Below, piece by piece: positions 57,924 to 64,000 of a DNA stretch of 64,000 bases. The notes beneath the pieces are model-generated. The model worked only from the letters and a program-made list of their open reading frames with translations. It was not told the origin of the DNA and made no database searches. The position numbers were made by a program, and so were the translations under genes. This stretch comes from an uncultured Actinomycetes bacterium (GTDB lineage: Bacteria; Actinomycetota; Acidimicrobiia; IMCC26256; DASPTH01), in assembly GCA_963809795.1 (NCBI GenBank), contig CAWELN010000009.1, forward strand, positions 322,994 to 386,993, given 5' to 3'. Every line of letters starts with the position of its first letter. Positions within the stretch are counted from its first letter, which is position 1.

Positions 57924-59651
57924 TCATCGCATGCCCCGCACGAGCTTGCCGGGGCGGGCGCCGGTCTCCTCACCGTCGTGCATGGTCTCCACGCCGGCGA
58001 CGAAGGTGGAGCGGTATCCGTCGGCGCGCTGGATGAGGCGCCGCGCGCCACCGGGCAGGTCGTGGACGAGCTGCGGCAGCGCCAGCGACAACGCGTCGAA
58101 GTCGATCACGTTGAGGTCGGCCCGGTAGCCCGGCGCCACGACGCCCCGGTCGCCCAGGCCGTACAGCCGGGCGGTGTCGCGCGACTGCTTCTGGACCACG
58201 AGCTCCAGCGGGAGGCGCTCGCCGCGCTCGCGGTCGCGGGCCCAGTGCGTGAGCATGAACGTGGGGATCGACGCGTCGCAGATCGCGCCGCAGTGCGCGC
58301 CGCCGTCGGACAGACCGAGCGCGGCGTTCGGGTGCAGGATCATCTCGCGCATGTCGTCGAGGTTGCCGTAGCTGTAGCCGAGCAGCGCCTTCATCACCAG
58401 CTCGCGCCCGTCGTGGGCGAGCATGACGTCGTAGAGCACCGCCTCGGGGTCGCGTCGCTCGCGGGCGGCGATGGCGGCGATGCTCCGGTCGGGCGTGGGC
58501 TCGTAGTCGGGCGGCTCGCCGATCGGGAACATCGTGTCGAGGCCGGTCCCGAGGATGGCGTCGAACGGGCTGGCCGGCGACGTCTCGGAGAGGATGGCCT
58601 CCCGCACCTCGGGCCGCCGCAGCTCCACCACCCGCTCGGCCAGCGGGAGGTCGGCGATCTTCAGGTACGTGGGCCGGGCCAGGAACGGGTGGAAGGTCTG
58701 GAAGCCGATCAGCAGGTTGAGCGGGCGCCCGCCCACCTGGCCGCGGAGGTCGGCGCCCTCGGCGTTGGCCTCCTGGGCCAGGCGCAGGACGTCACGCCAC
58801 TGGTCGGGGGCCAGGTTGTGCTGCGAGAGGGCGAAGCTCACCGGGCGGCCGATGGTCGCGGAGAGGCGGCGCATCCAGTCGACCTCGCGCTCGGGGGCGG
58901 CGAGGTCCTCGCCCATGACACCCGCGGGCGCGAGCTCGAACAGGCCGGTCCCGAGCTCGCCGAGGACCGCGCCGATGCCGAACAGCTCGTCCTCGGCGGC
59001 GAAGGTGCCGGGCACCGGTTCGCCGTCGACGGCGCGGTGCATGATCGTGCGCGACGTCGAGAAGCCGAGGGCACCGGCGCGGATGCCGTCGCGCACGACC
59101 TCGGCCATGGCCGCGATGTCCTCGGCGGTCGCGGGCTCGTTCCTGGCGCCGCGCTCACCCATGACGTACGCGCGCACCGCGCCGTGCGGCACCTGCGTGC
59201 CGACGTCGACCGCGCGCGGCATGGAATCGAGCACGTCGAGGTACTCGGGGAAGGTCTCCCAGCCCCAGGTGATGCCCTCGTTGAGCGCGGTCCCGGGGAT
59301 GTCCTCGACGCCCTCCATGAGCTGGATGAGCCAGTCCTCCTGACCGGGGCGCACCGGGGCGAAGCCGACGCCGCAGTTGCCCATCACCACGGTGGTGACG
59401 CCGTGCCAGCACGACGGCGTGAGCAGCGGGTCCCAGGTGACCTGCCCGTCGTAGTGCGTGTGCAGGTCGACGAAGCCGGGTGTGACGAGCAGGCCGTCGG
59501 CGTCGACGCGGCGACGGGCGCCGGCGTCGTCGAGCGCGCCGGGCGCGGCCACCTCGGTGATCGTGCCGTCGTCCACCGCGACGTCGGCGGCGCGGGGCGG
59601 GGCGCCGGTCCCGTCGACCAGGGTGCCGCCGCGGATCACGAGCTCGTGCAT
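57924..59651 (-). CDS. D-aminoacylase / N-acyl-D-amino-acid deacylase family amidohydrolase
   Basis: MHELVIRGGTLVDGTG...PGFVDLHTHYD...GNCG...LGLSDGGAH. 575 aa. Confidence 0.85.
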   Translation of the reverse strand: MHELVIRGGTLVDGTGAPPRAADVAVDDGTITEVAAPGALDDAGARRRVDADGLLVTPGFVDLHTHYDGQVTWDPLLTPSCWHGVTTVVMGNCGVGFAPVRPGQEDWLIQLMEGVEDIPGTALNEGITWGWETFPEYLDVLDSMPRAVDVGTQVPHGAVRAYVMGERGARNEPATAEDIAAMAEVVRDGIRAGALGFSTSRTIMHRAVDGEPVPGTFAAEDELFGIGAVLGELGTGLFELAPAGVMGEDLAAPEREVDWMRRLSATIGRPVSFALSQHNLAPDQWRDVLRLAQEANAEGADLRGQVGGRPLNLLIGFQTFHPFLARPTYLKIADLPLAERVVELRRPEVREAILSETSPASPFDAILGTGLDTMFPIGEPPDYEPTPDRSIAAIAARERRDPEAVLYDVMLAHDGRELVMKALLGYSYGNLDDMREMILHPNAALGLSDGGAHCGAICDASIPTFMLTHWARDRERGERLPLELVVQKQSRDTARLYGLGDRGVVAPGYRADLNVIDFDALSLALPQLVHDLPGGARRLIQRADGYRSTFVAGVETMHDGEETGARPGKLVRGMR

Positions 59652-59751
59652 GGTTCCCCCACGTCCGGAAGCAGTTCCCGCCATCATCGCACGATCGAAA
59701 TGTGCAGCACAAGGGTTGCAATATTCGAACGCTCCTGCGACACTCCCGACC

Positions 59752-60636
59752 ATGGCCCGGACGTCACCGCCGACCGACCGCGTCGTCGCCACCGTCTCGC
59801 TGCTCGCCGCCCGGCCCGACCAGCCGCTCTCACTGGCCGAGCTCACCCGCCGCCTCGGGGTCAACAAGTCGACCGGCCACGCCATCCTGGCCAGCCTGGT
59901 CGCCGCCGGGTGGGTGCTGCGGGATCCGACCCGCAAGACCTACCGGCTGGGGCCGGCGCTGGTGGCGCTCGGGCGCAGCGCGTCGGCGTCGTTCCCGGCG
60001 CTCGACTTCGCCCGGCCCGCCATGGGCGAGCTCAGCCGCGAGTTCGCCGCCACCTGCGCCGCGCTCGGGGTGGGCGAGGGCGAGGTGACGGTCCTCGACC
60101 AGGTCGACGACCCGCGCGCCGGCGCCAACGCCTTCCGGGTCGGGGCGTCGTTCCCGCTCCGCCCGCCGCTCGGCGCGGCGGTGCTCGCGTGGGCGCCGGC
60201 GTCGGTGCGCGACGAGTGGCTGCGCCAGGTGCCCGCCGACACCCGCGCCCACTACGCCGAGGCGCTCGTGGCCACCCACGACCGCGGGTTCGCGGTGGAG
60301 ATCGGCTCCACCCCGGTCGCGCGCGTGCGCGAGCTGGTCACCCTCCTCGGCGACGACGCGTCGGCGCGTGCCGTCCTCGACCGCCTCGCCGACGAGCTGG
60401 CGACCCACGCCGAGTTCCTCGCCCTCCAGCTCGAGCCCGCTCGGGAGTACGCGGTCAACGTGGTCAACGCGCCGGTGTTCGACCACACCGGCCAGGTCAC
60501 GCTGGTGCTCTCGCTGACCGGCTTCGGCCGCCCGCTGCTCGGCGCCGAGGCCCTGACGGCCGGCGAGCGTCTGGTCGCCGCCACCAGCACGCTGACCACC
60601 GCGCTCGGCGGCCGCTCACGAACATCCGTCAGTTGA
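59752..60636 (+). CDS. IclR-family transcriptional regulator
   Basis: The N-terminal wHTH (LSLAELTRRLGVNKSTGHAILASL) and the overall length fit IclR. 294 aa. Confidence 0.85.
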   Translation: MARTSPPTDRVVATVSLLAARPDQPLSLAELTRRLGVNKSTGHAILASLVAAGWVLRDPTRKTYRLGPALVALGRSASASFPALDFARPAMGELSREFAATCAALGVGEGEVTVLDQVDDPRAGANAFRVGASFPLRPPLGAAVLAWAPASVRDEWLRQVPADTRAHYAEALVATHDRGFAVEIGSTPVARVRELVTLLGDDASARAVLDRLADELATHAEFLALQLEPAREYAVNVVNAPVFDHTGQVTLVLSLTGFGRPLLGAEALTAGERLVAATSTLTTALGGRSRTSVS

Positions 60637-60669
60637 CCCTCGCATGCGACAGCCTTCTGCCGGATGTTC
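60620..60669. repeat. conserved inverted-repeat element, copy B
   Basis: GAACATCCGtCAG-ttgaccctcgcatgcgacagcctt-CTGcCGGATGTTC. The left arm overlaps the last IclR codons and its stop. The right arm ends 16 nt from the stop of the convergent amidohydrolase gene. Confidence 0.75.
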
Positions 60670-60685
60670 GGGGTGAGGGGCGGTC

Positions 60686-62404
60686 TCAGACGAGTGACGG
60701 GGTGCTGGTGTCGCGCCCGGAGCGGAGGAGCTGGCCCGAGCGGGACTCGGTGAGCTTCCCGTCGCGGACGATGCCGGTGCCGTTCACGAGCACGTGCTCG
60801 ATGCCGTCGGCCTCCGCGTACAGGCGGCCGGCGCCCCCGGGCAGGTCCATGCGCATGCGCACGTCGTGGCTCCCGATGGTCTCGGGATCGAGGACGACGA
60901 CGTCGGCCTTCCAGCCCTCCGCCACCCGGCCCCGCTCCTTGACGCCGTAGAACTGCGCGGGGACGTCGGTGAGGAGGTTCACCGCCTCCTCCAGGGGGAG
61001 CAGCTGGCGCTGCCGCACCGCCTTGCCCAGCACCTCGGTGGCGTAGTTGAACGACGCCAGGAGGTCGAGGTGGGCGCCGGCGTCGGACGCACCGATGAGG
61101 GCGCGGCGGTCGCGCCACACGTGGATGCGCGCCTTCCAGTCGTCGTCGGTGTCGGGCGCGGGGACGGTGCCGAAGCTGGTGTTGAGCTCGTCGGCGCGGG
61201 CGATGGAGGTGAGCACGTCCCACGCGCTGCGGCCCTCCGCCTCCGCGATCTCGCCGACCATGCGGCCCCGGTACTCCTCGTTCTCGGGCGCGACGACGTC
61301 GTGGATCTTGAGGTTCGCCCAGTTGGCCAGCATGCGCAGCCCGTTCTCGTCGCTCTGGGCGCGCTCGTCGAGCTTGGCCAGCGCCTCCTCGTCGTCGAAG
61401 AACTTCAGCTTCTCGTCGAGCGGGAGTCCCATGACGTCTTCCCACCCGGGCATGGCGTCGAGGACGAAGCCCGAGCGGAACGACAGGTACACCGGGAAGC
61501 TCATGGGCACGGTGAGCGCGACGACGCGGCCGCCGTGCTCGCGGGCGTAGGTGCCGGCCTCGAGCTTCTGCTCGGCTTCGTTGAGGTTCCGGGCGTTGAC
61601 GCCGAGCACGTTCCAGTTGAGCGGCCGTTGCGCCCCGGCCGACATCGCGGCCATCAGCTCGACCGCCCACGGCTCGAACGGGCCCACCATGGGGATGAAC
61701 TCGAGCGACGTGCCCTCGTACTCCGACAGCGTCGAGCAGAGGTCGACGAGCTCGTCGCGCGTGGCGAAGCGCGACGGCACCATGTGACCCTCGGCGTCGT
61801 TGTGGGTGCGCGCCCACGACGACGAGAAGCCGAGCGCGCCGGCGTCGAGCCCGGCGCGCAGCAGCTCCTGCATCGCCTCGAGCTCCTCCGGCTTCGACTC
61901 GCGCGCGGTGGCCTCCTCCCCCATCACCACGCGGCGGATGGCGGAGTGGCCCACCATGAAGCCGGCGTTGATCCCGAGCCGGCCCTCGATCTCGCCGAAG
62001 TACTCCGCGGTCGACGTCCAGTTCCACGGCACGCCCTCGCGGAGCGATTCGAGCGGCATGCCCTCGACGCGCGCCAGCATCCGCATCAGGTAGTCGCCGT
62101 CGGCGGCGTCGTCCGACAACGGGGCGATGGTGAAGCCGCAGTTCCCGGCCAGCGCGGTCGTGACACCGTGGAGTGGCGACGGCGTGAGCGCGCCGTCCCA
62201 GAACACCTGCGCGTCGTAGTGCGTGTGCACGTCGACGAAGCCGGGCGTGACGACCTTGCCGGTGGCGTCGATCGTCTCGGCCGCCTCCTCCGCGAGGTCG
62301 CCGATCGCGACCACGCGGTCGCCCTGGATGCCGACGTCGGCGCGCCGGCGGGCGCTCCCGGTGCCGTCGACCAGGTCGCCACCTCGGATCAGGATGTCGT
62401 ACAT
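60686..62404 (-). CDS. D-aminoacylase-family amidohydrolase (second paralog)
   Basis: MYDILIRGGDLVDGTG...PGFVDVHTHYD...GNCG...IGASDAGAH. AAGGAA RBS. 572 aa. Confidence 0.85.
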   Translation of the reverse strand: MYDILIRGGDLVDGTGSARRRADVGIQGDRVVAIGDLAEEAAETIDATGKVVTPGFVDVHTHYDAQVFWDGALTPSPLHGVTTALAGNCGFTIAPLSDDAADGDYLMRMLARVEGMPLESLREGVPWNWTSTAEYFGEIEGRLGINAGFMVGHSAIRRVVMGEEATARESKPEELEAMQELLRAGLDAGALGFSSSWARTHNDAEGHMVPSRFATRDELVDLCSTLSEYEGTSLEFIPMVGPFEPWAVELMAAMSAGAQRPLNWNVLGVNARNLNEAEQKLEAGTYAREHGGRVVALTVPMSFPVYLSFRSGFVLDAMPGWEDVMGLPLDEKLKFFDDEEALAKLDERAQSDENGLRMLANWANLKIHDVVAPENEEYRGRMVGEIAEAEGRSAWDVLTSIARADELNTSFGTVPAPDTDDDWKARIHVWRDRRALIGASDAGAHLDLLASFNYATEVLGKAVRQRQLLPLEEAVNLLTDVPAQFYGVKERGRVAEGWKADVVVLDPETIGSHDVRMRMDLPGGAGRLYAEADGIEHVLVNGTGIVRDGKLTESRSGQLLRSGRDTSTPSLV

Positions 62405-62458
62405 GCGGGCGGTTCCTTTCGTGGACGTCGATCGAGCGTAGACCCGGTTGGTGTCCCG

Positions 62459-62464
62459 TAGTGT
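62459..62464 (+). promoter_or_regulatory. -10-like TAGTGT, 7 nt upstream of ATG 62472 (leaderless-type)
   Basis: TANNNT followed by cccggtc and then ATG. Confidence 0.4.
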
Positions 62465-62471
62465 CCCGGTC

Positions 62472-63164
62472 ATGGATCTGACCGAAGCGCTGCGCAGCAC
62501 CGGAGCGGTACGCGACTTCCGTCCCGACCCGGTGCCCGACGAGGTCGTCTACCGGCTGCTCGACACCGCGAGGTTCGCGCCGAACGGCGGGAACCGCCAG
62601 GCGTGGCACGTGGTCGTCGTGCGCGACCCGGCGGTGAAGGAGCGCCTGCGCGACCTCTACCTCCCGGGGTGGTACGAGTACCTGGCGCAGATGGAGGCCG
62701 GCCTCACGCCGTTCGCGGCGGTGACCGACCACGACGCCGAGCTGGCCGCCCGGGCACGCGCGTCGGAGCTCGAGGCGCGGGTCGCCGCGCAGGGACCGGG
62801 GTTCGCCGAGCAGTTCCACCGCTCGCCGGTGCTGCTCGTGCTCCTGGCCGACCTGCGCAACCTCGCGACCGTCGACCGCGACCTCGACCGCTACACGCTG
62901 GTCGGCGGCGCGTCGATCTACCCGTTCGCGTGGAGCCTGCTGCTCGCCGCCCACCAGGCGGGCCTCGGCGGCGTGCTCACCACCATGCCCATCCGCCAGG
63001 AGCCGGCGCTGAAGGAGCTCCTCGGTGTGCCCGCGCCGCTGGTGGCGGCGGGCGTCATCGCCCTCGGGTACCCGGCCGGGCCCCGGGCCACCCGGCTGCG
63101 GCGCAATCCGGTCGAGTCGTTCACGACCGTCGACCGCTACGACGGGGCGGCGTTCACGGGGTAG
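62472..63164 (+). CDS. nitroreductase-family protein
   Basis: MDLTEALRSTGAVRDFRPDPV...ARFAPNGGNRQAW. 230 aa. Confidence 0.85.
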   Translation: MDLTEALRSTGAVRDFRPDPVPDEVVYRLLDTARFAPNGGNRQAWHVVVVRDPAVKERLRDLYLPGWYEYLAQMEAGLTPFAAVTDHDAELAARARASELEARVAAQGPGFAEQFHRSPVLLVLLADLRNLATVDRDLDRYTLVGGASIYPFAWSLLLAAHQAGLGGVLTTMPIRQEPALKELLGVPAPLVAAGVIALGYPAGPRATRLRRNPVESFTTVDRYDGAAFTG

Positions 63165-63963
63165 CGCGGATCTCGCCGTGGAGGATCCCGAACCAGGCGT
63201 CCGGGGACGCGCTCCACGCCCGCCAGGCGGCGGCGAGGTCGTCGAGCTCGGCCGGCGTCGCCAGGCCCCGGTCGACGGCCTGCTCGGCGAACGCGGACGC
63301 GACGACGCGGTCCGCCCAGATGCCGCCCCACCAGGCCCGGTCGGCGTCGGACGCGAAGCACCAGGCCGACGCGGTCGCGTCGACGCCCGAGAACCCCGCG
63401 GCGCGCGCCCACTGCAGCAGGTGCCGCCCGGCGTCGGGTTCGGCGTCGTTGCCGCGCGCGACCTCGTGGTAGAGCGCGAGCCAGCGCGTGAGGCGCGGGT
63501 CGTCGGGGAACCACGTGAACGACGCGTAGTCGGAGTCGCGCGCGGCGACCACGCCGCCGGGTGCGCACACCCGCCGCATCTCCACCAGCGCGGCGACCGG
63601 ATCCGTGAGGTGCTGCAGCACCTGGTGCGCGTGCACGACGTCGTACGCGTCGTCGGGGAACGCGAGCGCGTACACGTCACCGACGTCGAAGGTCACGTTG
63701 TCGACGCCCGCCTCCCGCGCCGCCTCACGCGCGCTCGCCAGCACCTCGGGCTCGCGGTCGATGCCGACGACCGTGCCCGGCGCGACCCGTGACGCGATGT
63801 CGATGGTGATCGTGCCCGGGCCGCAGCCGACGTCGAGGACGCGCGCGCCGGGGGTGAACGTGTCGAGCAGGTACCCGGCCGAGTTCTCCGCCGTGCGCCA
63901 CCGGTGCGAGCGCAGCACGCTCTCGTGGTGACCGTGGGTGTAGACGTCGCGCCGGCTGCTCAC
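63154..63963 (-). CDS. class I SAM-dependent methyltransferase (UbiE/COQ5-like)
   Basis: VLDVGCGPGTITIDIA...APGGVV. The GTG start sits in a GTGA overlap with the upstream gene. Confidence 0.85.
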   Translation of the reverse strand: MSSRRDVYTHGHHESVLRSHRWRTAENSAGYLLDTFTPGARVLDVGCGPGTITIDIASRVAPGTVVGIDREPEVLASAREAAREAGVDNVTFDVGDVYALAFPDDAYDVVHAHQVLQHLTDPVAALVEMRRVCAPGGVVAARDSDYASFTWFPDDPRLTRWLALYHEVARGNDAEPDAGRHLLQWARAAGFSGVDATASAWCFASDADRAWWGGIWADRVVASAFAEQAVDRGLATPAELDDLAAAWRAWSASPDAWFGILHGEIRATP

Positions 63964-64000
63964 TCGGGATCGGGCGAGATGCCGGCGGGGTCGAAGAACG
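63960..64000 (-). CDS. 3' end of an unidentified gene (start lies beyond the window)
   Basis: ...FFDPAGISPDPE-stop. High GC3, and the stop overlaps the next GTG. Confidence 0.3.
   Translation of the reverse strand, partial: FFDPAGISPDPE

Overview
Very GC-rich chromosomal segment, roughly 70% GC by eye (not computed). Mycothiol (mca), F420 (fbiC, LLM oxidoreductase), ctaA/ctaB and many leaderless-type starts point to Actinomycetota; I cannot place it more precisely. I support about 62 protein-coding genes, mostly housekeeping. They include tkt-tal and pgl, fbiC, glycolate oxidase glcDEF, heme O/A synthases, typA, rmuC/fxsA, mca, phaC, two FadD-like ligases, an ABC-2 exporter and an MFS transporter. 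I saw no rRNA, tRNA, CRISPR array, transposase or integrase. The long Arg/Pro/Gly/Ala-rich ORFs in the track are antisense or off-frame artefacts of high GC. The dominant technical feature is 13 single-base indels, mostly at G/C runs, that split 11 otherwise intact genes. These look like assembly errors rather than gene decay. I found no clearly novel system. The best candidates for follow-up are: (1) an operon pairing a His-less E2-type acyltransferase with a serine-palmitoyltransferase-like alpha-oxoamine synthase, facing an LpxO/OlsC-like hydroxylase; (2) an IclR-associated island with two D-aminoacylase-type amidohydrolases, an orphan Rieske oxygenase alpha subunit, an NTF2-like protein and a DAD cupin; (3) a methyltransferase-Mug/TDG glycosylase fusion; (4) a perfect 89-bp tandem duplication that chains small ORFs by ATGA overlaps; (5) a conserved ~50-nt inverted-repeat element present twice just 3' of stop codons; (6) a lower-GC islet (GT61, small helical protein, DUF2510 protein, 410 nt non-coding); (7) a hairpin-dense 340-nt convergent spacer. 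All family assignments come from motif recognition by eye, not from searches.
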